From assembly GCF_028368995.1 (NCBI RefSeq), contig NZ_JAQNDL010000003.1, forward strand, positions 1,920,001-1,984,000: a stretch of 64,000 nucleotides of DNA. The letters run 5' to 3'. The notes under the pieces were generated by a model that searched no databases, was not told the DNA's origin, and saw only the letters and a list, made by a program, of their open reading frames with translations. Below, piece after piece: positions 18,762 to 31,696 of the stretch. Both the position numbers and the translations under genes were made by a program. Source of the DNA: Nannocystis bainbridge. Lineage in GTDB: Bacteria > Myxococcota_A > Polyangia > Nannocystales > Nannocystaceae. Every line of letters begins with the position of its first letter. Position 1 is the stretch's first letter.

Positions 18762-19805
18762 ATGATTCGACCCCGCGCGACCGCCCCGCTCCTGCTGCTC
18801 CTCGGCGCCTGTCAGGCCGGCGGCGGCGACACCGACGCCACGACGACCACCGCCGACACCTCGACCAGCACTTCGGGACAGGTCTCTTCGACCACCACCG
18901 GCACGGGCGAGCCGACCACCACCGGCACCACCACGACCACCGGCACGGGCGAGCCGACCACCACCGGCACCACCACCGGCACCACCGACCCGGACGAGAC
19001 CACCGACACCGACGGCGCCGCGCCGATCGTCGTCGAGGGGCTCAGCGTCCCCGAGTCGATCCTCCACGACGTCGCCGCCGACGTCTATCTGATCAGCAAC
19101 ATCAACGGTACGCCGACCGCCACCGACGACAACGGCTTCATCAGCCGCGTCCTGCCCGACGGCACCGTCGACCAGCTCGCCTTCATCGACGGCGCCGACC
19201 CCGAGGTCACGCTCGACGCGCCGAAGGGCATGGCGATCGTCGGCGATTTTCTCTACGTCTCCGACATCACCGTCGTCCGCAAGTTCGACCGCACCACCGG
19301 CGCGCCGCTGGCCACGATCGCCATCGACGGCGCCGGCTTCCTCAACGACCTCAGCGCCGACGCCAGCGGCAACGTCTACGTCGGCGACATGCAGGTCGAG
19401 GCGATCCACGTCATCAACCCCGCCGACGAGCCCACGCTGCTGTTCGAGTCGAGCGACCTGCAGAACCCCAACGGTCTGCTCGCCGACGATCAGGGCGTGC
19501 ACGTCGTCACCAACGGCGGCACCAAGCTGCTCTACGTGCCGCGCCAGATGCCGGTGGTGATGGAGCTGTTCGACCTCGAGGCCAGCAGCCTCGACGGCCT
19601 CGCGCCCCACCCCGCCGGCGGCTGGCTGGTGTCCTCGTGGGAGACCAGCGCCGTCTACCACGTCAGCGCCGACCTGCAGACCGCCGCGGTCGTCGTCGCC
19701 GACATCAGCTCGCCGGCCGACATCGGCGTCGACACCGGCCGCGAGCGCGTGCTGATCCCCGTGTTCACCGAGAACCGCGCGGAGTTCCATCTCCTCGCCC
19801 CGTGA
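18762..19805 (+). CDS. SMP-30/gluconolactonase-like beta-propeller lipoprotein
   Basis: LLGAC lipobox, Thr-rich linker; PESI, APKGM, FLNDL, NPNGL, SPADI repeats. Confidence 0.85.
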   Translation: MIRPRATAPLLLLLGACQAGGGDTDATTTTADTSTSTSGQVSSTTTGTGEPTTTGTTTTTGTGEPTTTGTTTGTTDPDETTDTDGAAPIVVEGLSVPESILHDVAADVYLISNINGTPTATDDNGFISRVLPDGTVDQLAFIDGADPEVTLDAPKGMAIVGDFLYVSDITVVRKFDRTTGAPLATIAIDGAGFLNDLSADASGNVYVGDMQVEAIHVINPADEPTLLFESSDLQNPNGLLADDQGVHVVTNGGTKLLYVPRQMPVVMELFDLEASSLDGLAPHPAGGWLVSSWETSAVYHVSADLQTAAVVVADISSPADIGVDTGRERVLIPVFTENRAEFHLLAP

Positions 19806-19820
19806 GGGCGGCGCCGCAAA

Positions 19821-19922
19821 GGACATGGCTCTCGAGACATGTTCGTAAGACCATGAGATCGGTCGCTCCTCCTCGGGAGGAATCACATGTCTCTCGAGAC
19901 ATGTCTTCACGACCATGAGGTC
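19821..19922. repeat. Two 62-bp-spaced copies of a CATG triplet (14-bp phase)
   Basis: CATG at 19824/19838/19852 and 19886/19900/19914. Confidence 0.9.
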
Positions 19923-20012
19923 GAACGCCCGCCGATGCGGCGAGACCACGGCCGCCGCGGAGCCCCGCCTGCCGCGCTGCTCGCCGCCTGCGCGCGGGTC
20001 AGGCCCAAAGCT

Positions 20013-20477
20013 CTAGCCCGGCAGCCGGCACACCCCGTAGTCGGCCCACATCGGCGGCACATTGTCGCCGGAGAACACCGGCGCGCAGACCTCGGACGCG
20101 CTGCCGCACTGGGCCGAGGTGTCGCTGACCTCGCACAGCGAGCTGCAGCACGAGCCGGCCTCGCAGTCACCGAGCGCCACCGCCGACAGGCACACCAGGC
20201 CCGGGCCGCACTCGCCGGAGCCCTGGCACGCGTCTCCGGCGGCGCCGGCGATCGCGACCTCGATGCACACGAAGTCGCCGCCGACGAGCGAGCACGCCTG
20301 TCCGTCGGGACAGCTCTGGGCGAGCGGGTCGCACTCGACCACTGGCGGCGGCTCCTCGTCGTCGCCAGTGGTCGTCCCGGGCCCGCTGGGGCCATCGGTG
20401 GTCGGCCCGGACTCGAACTGAATGCAGCCGCCGGCGAGCAGCAGCGCGAGGGCGGCGACGAGACGCGGTCTTGACAT
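20013..20477 (-). CDS. Cys-rich lipoprotein
   Basis: LAGGC lipobox; CDPLAQSCP...CCSSLC pattern. Confidence 0.8.
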   Translation of the reverse strand: MSRPRLVAALALLLAGGCIQFESGPTTDGPSGPGTTTGDDEEPPPVVECDPLAQSCPDGQACSLVGGDFVCIEVAIAGAAGDACQGSGECGPGLVCLSAVALGDCEAGSCCSSLCEVSDTSAQCGSASEVCAPVFSGDNVPPMWADYGVCRLPG

Positions 20478-20551
20478 GACGCCAGGGTAACGCGAGCCGG
20501 GCCGTCCCGTGCAGACGGCGATCCGACCCCGGGGCGTGGTAATGTGCGCGC

Positions 20552-21478
20552 GTGAAGCACGAGACAGAAGGCCTCCCGGGCGACGGCGTGACCACCCACG
20601 TCCACGTGTGGACCCCCGACGACGGCCAGCCGGTCCGCGGGCTGGTCCAGGTGCTGCACGGCCTGGCCGAGCACGCCGGCCGCTACGAGGGCCTCGCGGC
20701 CGGCCTGTGCGACGCCGGCCTGGCCGTGGTCGCCCACGACCACCGCGGTCACGGCCGCTCGGCCGCCGGCCCCGACGAGCTCGGCTTCTTCGGCGACCGC
20801 GACGGCTGGGGCGCGGTGCTGGCCGACTCCGCCCGCGTCCGCGCCCACGCCCGCGCGCGCTTCGGCGACGTCCCGTGGGCGCTGCTCGGCCACAGCATGG
20901 GCTCGGTGGTCGCCCTGCACGACCTCGCCACCAGCGGGGCCCGGCCGACCGCGGTGATGCTGTCGGGCGCGACCGGCAAGGTCGGGGCGCTGCTGCGGAT
21001 CGGCCAGGGCCTCATCCGCGTCGAGCTGCGACGGATCGGCGCCCGCGGCCGCAGCAAGCTGCTCAACGCGACCGCGTTCGGGACCTACAACCGGGCGTTC
21101 CGCCCCAACCGCACCCAGTTCGACTGGCTGTCCGGCGAAGCGGCCCAGGTCGACGCCTACGTCGGCGACCCGCTGTGCGGCTTCTTGCCGACGACTTCGC
21201 TGTGGCGCGACCTGGTCGGCGGCCAGGCGCTGCTGCAGACCGATGCCTTCCTGGCCCGCCTGCCCCGCGTGCCCTACGCGGTGATCGCCGGCGACCTCGA
21301 CCCGGTCGGCGGCAAGGGCCGCCAGGTCGAAGCCCTGGTCAAGATGATGCGCAAGCTCGGCCTGCAGGTCGACCTGCGCATGTGGCCAGGCGGCCGCCAC
21401 GAGATGTTCCACGAGACCAATCGCGCCGACGTGGTCGCCGAGACGGTCCGGTGGCTCTCGAGCAAGCTCGCCGCCTGA
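20552..21478 (+). CDS. Alpha/beta hydrolase (lysophospholipase / Hydrolase_4)
   Basis: HGLAEHAGRY, DHRGHG, GHSMG, GRHEMFHE. Confidence 0.93.
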   Translation: MKHETEGLPGDGVTTHVHVWTPDDGQPVRGLVQVLHGLAEHAGRYEGLAAGLCDAGLAVVAHDHRGHGRSAAGPDELGFFGDRDGWGAVLADSARVRAHARARFGDVPWALLGHSMGSVVALHDLATSGARPTAVMLSGATGKVGALLRIGQGLIRVELRRIGARGRSKLLNATAFGTYNRAFRPNRTQFDWLSGEAAQVDAYVGDPLCGFLPTTSLWRDLVGGQALLQTDAFLARLPRVPYAVIAGDLDPVGGKGRQVEALVKMMRKLGLQVDLRMWPGGRHEMFHETNRADVVAETVRWLSSKLAA

Positions 21479-21509
21479 GCGGACCTGCGCAGCGCCGTTG
21501 AGCGCCTCA

Positions 21510-21577
21510 AGACATGTCCCACTGGACATGTCTCAGAGAACATTTTTAAAGGGACATGTCCTCATGAACATGTCCTT
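21510..21577. repeat. 14-bp-phased CATG array
   Basis: CATG at 21513, 21527, (CATT 21541), 21555, 21569. Confidence 0.9.
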
Positions 21578-21690
21578 GGGTGTTCTCCCAGGCGCGGCGT
21601 GACGACGGCAGTCTCGACCCGGGCGCGCCGTCGCAGAGACGGCTCGCCCGCTGAGCGAGTCTCGTCGGTCCGCCGCTTGACGGAGCAGCC

Positions 21691-22167
21691 TCAGCCGCGC
21701 AGCACGATCGACCGACTCTCGGCCGCATCGGTCACCTCGACGCGGGCGCAGCGGATCGGCGCCGACGCCCCTTTGGCCCCGGGCTCGAGGACGAGCTGGC
21801 CGCACACGGTATACGTGCCGGGCGCGACGTCCCCATAAACGAGGGGCCTGGTGGCATCCACGCCGCCGTTCAGGACCATCTTCACGGTCGCCCCAGGGGG
21901 CCGCGAAAGATCGTCCACTTCGTCGACCTCGACCTCGCCGGGGACGAGCCAGCCGAGGGCGTGATGGGTGCCCGCCGGCGCCTGGAGGTCGACGCGAAGT
22001 CGCCGCGGCTCCGCGAGCTGCCAATCGGCCCAAGCCTGAACCCCCGCCGCGACCCACTCGATCGCGACGGGGCTCGCCCTGGGCTCGGCCGGTACCCCGG
22101 TGCAATACGCATTCGATAGGACGAGCAGCAAGCTCGCGTGGATCCGCAGATTCCGGGTCGACAGCAT
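21691..22167 (-). CDS. Hypothetical exported protein
   Basis: Hydrophobic N-terminus; C-terminal beta-rich PGTYTVC segment. Confidence 0.55.
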   Translation of the reverse strand: MLSTRNLRIHASLLLVLSNAYCTGVPAEPRASPVAIEWVAAGVQAWADWQLAEPRRLRVDLQAPAGTHHALGWLVPGEVEVDEVDDLSRPPGATVKMVLNGGVDATRPLVYGDVAPGTYTVCGQLVLEPGAKGASAPIRCARVEVTDAAESRSIVLRG

Positions 22168-22344
22168 GCCCCGGTGTAGCAAGGCACGGGCGACTTCTGC
22201 AAGATCGGGGCGCAAGCGACGTCAGGCCCGCGAGCGAGGTACCGGGTGCCCCCGGCGCTCTCGCGCATGCGTCTCGAGCTCCGTGGCCCGATCACCTCGG
22301 GCCTGAGGGGATCGCGCCGAAGGACACGACGAGGGCTTCCGGTC

Positions 22345-23412
22345 TCACGGCGCGCAGTCGACGCTGTCCGCCGGGTGCTGCTCGATCACCGTCTTCAGCG
22401 TCGCCTCGATCAGCTTGCTCGCGTGTTCCTTCGGCAGCCCGAAGCCGACGTGGATGTGGCCGGCGGCCACGTTGTGCGGCGTGATCGAATTATAAAAGAC
22501 CCCGTGCAGGCCGAGGAAGCCTGACAGGAAATTGCCGCTGGTATTTTCATCGATCTGCACGCCCGTCAGCGCCAGCGCGCTCGTCGCCGTCACGATCGCC
22601 TTCATCGGCAGCTGGCTCGGCAGCGTGTTGCCCTGGCGGTACTCCGAGATCGCGGCCCACGAGCGGGCCTCGATCGTCGCCTCCGTCGGCCATTGTTCCA
22701 TCCCGTGGCCGTCCGACGCCCAGTCCTGCGCCGGGCCGCCGTCGTTGTCCTGGCCGTGGCCACCCTCGAGCGCCTCCACCTCCCAGCCGATGTCGCCGCC
22801 GCGGCTGGTCGTGATGAGGATGCTCGGCTGATACGTATCGACGATGCGCCAGAAATCCGACGACGTCGCCTGATAGTCGACGCGCAGGTCGTAATCGGGC
22901 GAGCCGACCGCCCCGGGGGAGCCGATGTCGTCGTTGCTGGGGTCGCCGTCGGGCGGGAACTCGGGGAAGAACGCGTACACGTCGTAGCCGTGGCCGCCCC
23001 AGTTCTCGCCGATCCACCCGTCGGGGTTCTGCTCGGGGTTGGTGCTCCACGGCCGCAACATCTCGTTGGTCGGCGGCCAGTAGCCCATCAGCACCACGGT
23101 CTTCTTGCATTCGACCGGACCGGTGGTCGAAGTGTCTTCGGTAGTGGTGGTCGTCTCGGTCGAGCTCGTCGTCGGCGCGCTCGTGCCCGTCTCCGTGCCG
23201 GTCGGCGCCTCGGTCGAGGTCTCGGTCGTCGAAGTGCCCGCGGTCGACGGGCCCTCCGTGCTCGAGGCGCCCTCCGTGCTCGAAGCGCCCTCCGTGCTCG
23301 AAGCGCCCTCCGTCGGCTCCGAGGACCCGCCGCCGCAACCAGTGACGCACAGCGCCGCCACCGTCCATCGCCCCCATCGCCCGCTCGTCCCCGTTCGCTC
23401 GCGTCGCATCAT
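22345..23412 (-). CDS. Pyroglutamyl-peptidase (C15)-like lipoprotein
   Basis: VTGC lipobox; VVLMGYWP, WEVE, SGNFLS and GHIHVG align with the C15 motifs. Confidence 0.65.
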   Translation of the reverse strand: MMRRERTGTSGRWGRWTVAALCVTGCGGGSSEPTEGASSTEGASSTEGASSTEGPSTAGTSTTETSTEAPTGTETGTSAPTTSSTETTTTTEDTSTTGPVECKKTVVLMGYWPPTNEMLRPWSTNPEQNPDGWIGENWGGHGYDVYAFFPEFPPDGDPSNDDIGSPGAVGSPDYDLRVDYQATSSDFWRIVDTYQPSILITTSRGGDIGWEVEALEGGHGQDNDGGPAQDWASDGHGMEQWPTEATIEARSWAAISEYRQGNTLPSQLPMKAIVTATSALALTGVQIDENTSGNFLSGFLGLHGVFYNSITPHNVAAGHIHVGFGLPKEHASKLIEATLKTVIEQHPADSVDCAP

Positions 23413-23590
23413 GCGATCCCTGTACCACACCGCGCTCGAGTCCGTGTGTGACAGCGAGCCGTGAGTCATTCGATCTCGATGAGCCACGCGATCGAGCATT
23501 GGGCGGTGCCCTCGTCGCGCCGTGAGGGCCCCGCCGAGGCCGCGCACGTCGATCCCCGGAGTTCGCGTCACGACCCACCCGGTCGAACTC

Positions 23591-24298
23591 TCAGGGCTCG
23601 CCGTCGCGGAGGCCCAGCCGGCGCTTCACCTCTGCCAGCGCCCGTCGACTGACCTGCGCGCGCTGACCGTCGGACAGCTCGAGCACCGCCGCGCCGTCGC
23701 GCTGGTGGAGCGTGCGGACCTCGAGCAGGTTGACCAGCTCGCTCCGGTGCACCCGCAGGAAATCGAGGCCGCCGAGCCGCTCTTCGAGCGTATTCAAGCT
23801 GTCGTCGAGCACGTGTTCTTCGCCGCCGACGCGGAACACGGTGTACTTGTCGGCGGCGTGGAAGCGGGTGATCGCGCGCGGGTCGAACAGGCGCACCGAG
23901 TCGCCGGCGCGGGCGGAGATCCGTATCGGCGCGGCGCGCTGGGCCGCGGCCGATCGGGCCTCGACGCGCGCGAGCGCCTGCTCGAGCCGCTCCTGCTGCA
24001 CCGGCTTGAGCAGGTAGTCCTGCGCTGCCACGGCGAACGCCCGCACCGCGTAGTCCGGGTGCGCCGTGACGAAGACGATCGCCGGCATGTCGGCCGTGGT
24101 CTCGGCCAGCTCGATGCCGTCGAGCTCCGGCATGTGGATGTCGAGGAGCACCACGTCGGGCCGCAGCTCGCCGATGAGGCGCACCGCCGCGAGCCCGTCC
24201 TCCGCCTCGCCGACGACCTCGACCCCGGCGATGCGCTCGAGCATGCGCACAAGCCGGCGGCGCGCCGGCGCCTCGTCATCGACCACCAGCACCTTCAC
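23591..24298 (-). CDS. LytTR-family response regulator
   Basis: VLVVDDE, LLDIHMP, DYLLKP, FLRVHRSELVN. Confidence 0.95.
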   Translation of the reverse strand: MKVLVVDDEAPARRRLVRMLERIAGVEVVGEAEDGLAAVRLIGELRPDVVLLDIHMPELDGIELAETTADMPAIVFVTAHPDYAVRAFAVAAQDYLLKPVQQERLEQALARVEARSAAAQRAAPIRISARAGDSVRLFDPRAITRFHAADKYTVFRVGGEEHVLDDSLNTLEERLGGLDFLRVHRSELVNLLEVRTLHQRDGAAVLELSDGQRAQVSRRALAEVKRRLGLRDGEP

Positions 24299-25437
24299 GC
24301 CGCCCCCTCCCCGCGCGCGGCCCCGGCCGGCAGGCGCAAGCGGGCCCGGAAGCCGCCCTCGGCCCGCGGCCCGGCCTCGAGCCCGGCCGCCGCGCCGTAG
24401 GCCAGCCGCAGCCGCTCGCGCAGGTCGGCGAGGGCCGTGCCGCTGCCCGAGCGGTTCGCTCGCCCCGTCGCGGCCGCGTCGTCCTCGACCGTCAGCTCCA
24501 GCGAAGCCCCGACCCGGGCCGCGACGATCCGCACCGTCGCCCCGCCGCGGCTGGCCGCGACCCCGTGACCGACCGCGTTCTCGACCAGCGGCTGCAGCAC
24601 CAGCGGCGGCACCACCAGCGACTCGGTCGCCGGCTCGACGGCGAACTCGACCCGCAGGCGCTCGCCGAAGCGCAGCCGCTCGACCTCGACATAATCGCGG
24701 ACCGCCGCCAGCTCGTCGCGCAGCGGCACCGCCAGCGTGCGCGAGCCGTCGAGGCTGTAGCGGAACAGCCCCGCGAGGCGCTCGACCGCCTGCTCGGCCA
24801 GCGCCGGGTCGTCCTCGATCAAGCTGGCGACCGTGTTGAGCGCGTTGAACAAGAAATGCGGGTTGGTGCGGGCCTGCAGCGCCGCCAGCTGGGCCCGCAG
24901 GGCCTCGCGGCGGAGCTGCTCCTCGCGCCGCTCGAGCGCCCGGCGGCGCTCGTGGATCCGCTCGAGCGCGGCCGCGGTGACGAACAGGGTCACCGACACG
25001 ACCGCGGAGATCCGCAGCACCTGCGTGCGGCTGGCGGCCAGGTCGGCGACCCACCCGATCGCCGCGTAAAGGCGCAGCGTCAGCTCGGCGGCGACCACCA
25101 CGGCGACGGCGACCACGCCCACGCGAGCGGCCCAGCGCAGCGCCGGCGCCCGGCCGGCGGTCCGCGGCGCCACCACCAGGACGAACAGCCCGCTGGCGAT
25201 CAGCTCGACCAGCACCATCATCGTCGCGTTGAAGGCGAACGTGCGCGCCAGCTCGCCGGGCTCGGGGCGGCCGAGCGCGGCGAGCATCGCCGTCAGGGCG
25301 ACCGACACGAACACGACGATCCACGCGTCCTCGCGCAGCTCGTCGGCCCACGCGCGCAGGCGGGTCCGCAGCGGCGGGAGTTCGGCGGCGGGCACGGGCG
25401 CGAGGGTAGCAAGCGGCCGGTCCGGCCGTCCCGCCAT
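24295..25437 (-). CDS. LytS/YehU-type sensor histidine kinase
   Basis: LQARTNPHFLFNALN, LQPLVENAV; N-terminal TM helices. Confidence 0.93.
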   Translation of the reverse strand: MAGRPDRPLATLAPVPAAELPPLRTRLRAWADELREDAWIVVFVSVALTAMLAALGRPEPGELARTFAFNATMMVLVELIASGLFVLVVAPRTAGRAPALRWAARVGVVAVAVVVAAELTLRLYAAIGWVADLAASRTQVLRISAVVSVTLFVTAAALERIHERRRALERREEQLRREALRAQLAALQARTNPHFLFNALNTVASLIEDDPALAEQAVERLAGLFRYSLDGSRTLAVPLRDELAAVRDYVEVERLRFGERLRVEFAVEPATESLVVPPLVLQPLVENAVGHGVAASRGGATVRIVAARVGASLELTVEDDAAATGRANRSGSGTALADLRERLRLAYGAAAGLEAGPRAEGGFRARLRLPAGAARGEGAA

Positions 25438-26174
25438 CACGCCTGGCCCCGCGTGAACCGGGCCCGGTACGCCCGCGCCGCCGGCACGCCGATCAGCGTC
25501 GGCAGCACCCACGGCAGGAACGCGAGGCCGGGCGGCAGCGCCCCCGCCAGCAGGCGCTCGGCGTTGAACACGCTGAACGCGGTGAGCGCGGCGATCACGG
25601 CCCCGAGCATGCTGTCGAGGTGGCGCAACAGCCAGGCCCGGCGCTCGGTCTGCGGGCGCAGGTGGTAGCGCAGGTCGCCCCAGCCGCCGAGGCTGCCGAT
25701 CGCCCCGAACACGATCATCAGCACGCTGCCGTGGCAGAGCCCCGCGATCGCCAGCGCGGCCCCGGTGCCGAGCACGAACACCGCCATGGCCCGGTCGACC
25801 AGCGCACCGTGGACCGCCCGCCGGCGCCCGACCGCGACCGCCCGCAGCCCGCTCGTCACCGATTGGAGGATCAGCACCCCGAGGTAGGCGAGGAAGCAGC
25901 CGAACTGGCGCATCATCGCCACCCGCGCCGCCGCCTCCTCGGGGCTCAGCAGCGTCGTCGGCGGCTTCACGGTCAGCGGGATCGTGATCCACAGGCTGGC
26001 GATCACCAGCCCCGAGACGGCCGTGAAGGCCATGGCGGCGACGAAGGCCATGCCGACCCAGCGGTGCCAGGCGCCGCCCTTGCGGGCCACCAGCGGCGGG
26101 ACGAGGGTCAAAAGGCTCACCACGCCGGCGACGATGTGGACGGTGACGAGGGGCAGATAAAAGAGCTCGCGCAT
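25437..26174 (-). CDS. DUF2306-like membrane protein
   Basis: HIVAG...KGGAWHRWVG, HLDSMLGAVIAALTAF; coupled to the kinase start. Confidence 0.8.
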   Translation of the reverse strand: MRELFYLPLVTVHIVAGVVSLLTLVPPLVARKGGAWHRWVGMAFVAAMAFTAVSGLVIASLWITIPLTVKPPTTLLSPEEAAARVAMMRQFGCFLAYLGVLILQSVTSGLRAVAVGRRRAVHGALVDRAMAVFVLGTGAALAIAGLCHGSVLMIVFGAIGSLGGWGDLRYHLRPQTERRAWLLRHLDSMLGAVIAALTAFSVFNAERLLAGALPPGLAFLPWVLPTLIGVPAARAYRARFTRGQA

Positions 26175-26613
26175 CGGCTTCACGGCGAGGATGGACCCCC
26201 GCCCCGGCCGCCGCCGCACCCGCCGGACGGGCGGCGTGGAACTCCCGATGAACGGCGCCGGCCGGCCGACGAGCGCGGCGCCGCCGTCCCGGCCGGAGCA
26301 GGACCGCCGGCCCTGCACCCACGCAGGACCGCGCGCGAGAGGCTCCGTTCACGCCCATGATTGCGAGCCGGTCGACGCCCCCACGACACAGCATGCGACC
26401 GGACGCCGAAGCCATCGGCTCCGACGCATGGCGAGCGAGACGAGGGCTGCTCACAGCGTGTACGGGCTCGAGCCGGGTGACCGGCTCCGAGCGAGCGGCA
26501 TCCTCGTCAAGAGGCCCACGGCGCGAGGCGTGTCGCCGATGCGCGCGAACAGTGCTGTCACCTCCCGCCGCTCGACCTGCCCTACCCGGCTCGATCGGGG
26601 CTGGGACCTGCTG

Positions 26614-27051
26614 TCAGCCCTTCAGCCGAAACTCGGCCCGCAGGCGCGCCCGGAGCTCGAGCACCTCCTGTCTCTCGGGACAGGCGAACGGACCGCCGAA
26701 CAGCAGCCCGCCGACCAGCCACAGCCCGACCGTCTGGAATCCGACGAACAGCGACTCCGCGGCGAACCGCTCTGGCGTCCAGAAGGCGACTTCCTCGCCG
26801 CCGAGCACGAGGGTCAAGAGCGGCGCGGCGAGCAGCACCGCCGCCGCCGCGAGGAGCGGGCGCGCCGGCAAGGCGGTGCCGCGGCGGGCGTAGTGGACCG
26901 CCGAGCCGAGCACGATCGCCAGCGTGCCGAGCCCGGAGGCCTCCGCGGTAGCGTCGATGGACACGCGGCCGAGCGCGGCGATGAACAGCCCGATCGCCGC
27001 GGCGATCTTGAGCACCGCGACGAACATCACCAGGCCGAAGAACAACTTCAC
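26614..27051 (-). CDS. Hypothetical membrane protein
   Basis: About four hydrophobic helices; GC-rich third positions. Confidence 0.6.
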   Translation of the reverse strand: MKLFFGLVMFVAVLKIAAAIGLFIAALGRVSIDATAEASGLGTLAIVLGSAVHYARRGTALPARPLLAAAAVLLAAPLLTLVLGGEEVAFWTPERFAAESLFVGFQTVGLWLVGGLLFGGPFACPERQEVLELRARLRAEFRLKG

Positions 27052-27195
27052 GCGAGCAGGATACCGCCGCCGCGACCCGGTTCAAGACCGCCGCCGCGTC
27101 CTCCGGCAGGACGACGTTCAGCCCGGCCGGCCCGCGACCGCGGCAGGCGCCCGCCACGAGCCCCAGGGACGCGGCCATCCGCGAGCGCCTGCCCA

Positions 27196-27412
27196 CCACA
27201 TGTCTCTCAGGGCATGACCTCGAGGACGGGTCTATCGTCGAGCGCACCACGCCCCGGGTCACCGGGCGACGCCGTCACTGAAACCTGCCCCCATGAACAT
27301 GTCCTAAAGGTCATGAATAGAATCGCCCTGCGGCTCGCCGGGTCTCGACCTCGCAATGGCATCACTGTTAGATAACCCAAAAGACATATCTTCAAAGACA
27401 TGTCCCGAGGAC
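27196..27412. repeat. Three clusters of 14-bp-phased CATG units
   Basis: Pairs 27199/27213, 27298/27312, 27385(CATA)/27399. Confidence 0.8.
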
Positions 27413-27416
27413 CCTC

Positions 27417-30227
<2,811 letters not shown>

Positions 30228-30241
30228 GCCGGCCAGCGGCT

Positions 30242-30270
30242 TATACCCCGGCGCCCGGGCAGCGTGTAGC
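30242..30270. repeat. 29-bp direct repeat, copy 1
   Basis: TATACCCCGGCGCCCGGGCAGCGTGTAGC; one mismatch to 33506-33534. Confidence 0.9.
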
Positions 30271-30415
30271 CGCGTCGTCGTCGTCCGGGCCCGGCCGCGA
30301 GGCGCGAGCTCGGCGTCGAGGAACGGCTTGCGGTCGAAGCGCGCGGCGAAGCTGGCGAAGAAGGCCGGGTCGATCGCCAGGGTCGCTCCGGCCCAGCGCC
30401 CGCCCCCGGCCTGCT
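30271..30415 (-). pseudogene. Degenerate copy of the 3' end of the 33000-33470 gene
   Basis: Encodes PAFFASFAARFDRKPFLDAELA versus PAFFNSYAARFDRKQFLEAVEDELA. Confidence 0.8.
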
Positions 30416-30427
30416 GCCCTCACACGG

Positions 30428-31696
30428 CTAGCGGGTGTCAGGCACCTCCTGCACCCAATGAAAGCCGCGCATCAAGATGTACGCGTGCTCGGTGTCGCGG
30501 CGGCGGAGGTGAATCGTCGCGCGCCCGGGGCCAGGCGGGCCGGTGAGCACCAGCTCGTCGCTCGCCAGGCGGGCGACTGCGAGGACCCGCGGAGGCTCGG
30601 AGACGTCGAGGCGCGTGAGGGTGAGCGTATCGTTGGCCGCGTCGTGCTCGAGGCTGAATCGCCGGCGTTCACCATTCGCGGTGTGCACCATGGCCATCCC
30701 CGGGTGGGCGACCAGGAGTCGTCGCCAGCGCAGTTCGCCGGGCTGCGGTTCGCCCTCGAGCTCGAATTGGTCGACATCCCAGACGCCGTGGAAGGCGGGC
30801 CTGTCGTCGGCTCTGGCCAGCCGCGCGGCGCGCTGCTGCCATTGTTCGACGCCCCACCACGAGACGAGCAGGACGAAGCCCGCCTTGGCCACCACGCGGG
30901 CGATTCCCAGACCACGCCCGAGGCGCGGGGCGCTGTGATCGACGGGGTCGGTGCCGCGATTGCGCACGAACACGTCGAGGATCCGGCGCACGTCGGGCGC
31001 CGCCAGGAATACGGCCGAGAGCAGGAAGAACGACGAGTAGATCTTCACCGGCACGTCGAAGCAGAAGTTCATCATCGCCACGTTCGCCAGGACGCCGATG
31101 AGGATGAGCGCGCCGAGGGTTGTGGTGCGGCGGGACAGCAGGAGGACGGCGCCCATGACCTCGGCGAGCCCGGCGAAGGCCTGATAGGTCGGCGAGAAGC
31201 CCATGAAGGTCCACAGCAGGCCGGCCGGCGACGAGTCGGCGTAGGTCCGCTCCAGCATGAGCGGATCCAGCGCCATCTGACGGCCGAACACCTTGATGAG
31301 CCCGTACGAGAACATGTGCTGGGCCAGCGAATAGCGCACGATGATGCGAAACCACCCGAGAATGGTGTCGTACGTCGATTGCCGGCGTACGTACGCGGCG
31401 CAGCCGATGGCCCCGACCGCAGCGATCACGAGGTACCAGAACTCCTGCACGTAATTCCAGGTCATGTCGCTGCTACCGGCAGGCATGGTGGAGATCGGCC
31501 CCTCGATCCCGAAGACCGCGTTGCCCAGCGTCGGCATGAGCGCCGACCATAATTGAATCCACCCCATCGCCAGCAGTTCGCCGACCCGCGGGACCTCGAA
31601 TACCAGCAGCGGGATACCGTTGAGGCACAAAAAAAGCCCGAGGAAGATGACCCCGAGCCGTACTCCCAGCCTCCAGCGCATCGCTTCACTGTCCAT
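30428..31696 (-). CDS. DoxX-like membrane protein
   Basis: YGLIKVFGRQM, LLWTFMGFS, NFCFDVPVK. Confidence 0.85.
   Translation of the reverse strand: MDSEAMRWRLGVRLGVIFLGLFLCLNGIPLLVFEVPRVGELLAMGWIQLWSALMPTLGNAVFGIEGPISTMPAGSSDMTWNYVQEFWYLVIAAVGAIGCAAYVRRQSTYDTILGWFRIIVRYSLAQHMFSYGLIKVFGRQMALDPLMLERTYADSSPAGLLWTFMGFSPTYQAFAGLAEVMGAVLLLSRRTTTLGALILIGVLANVAMMNFCFDVPVKIYSSFFLLSAVFLAAPDVRRILDVFVRNRGTDPVDHSAPRLGRGLGIARVVAKAGFVLLVSWWGVEQWQQRAARLARADDRPAFHGVWDVDQFELEGEPQPGELRWRRLLVAHPGMAMVHTANGERRRFSLEHDAANDTLTLTRLDVSEPPRVLAVARLASDELVLTGPPGPGRATIHLRRRDTEHAYILMRGFHWVQEVPDTR

Noticed and set aside
23250-23315. 18-bp tandem repeats (also Thr/Gly repeats at about 16620-16720, 18890-18990 and 48030-48090)
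   Set aside because: They encode ordinary low-complexity lipoprotein linkers (EGASST, TTGDP).
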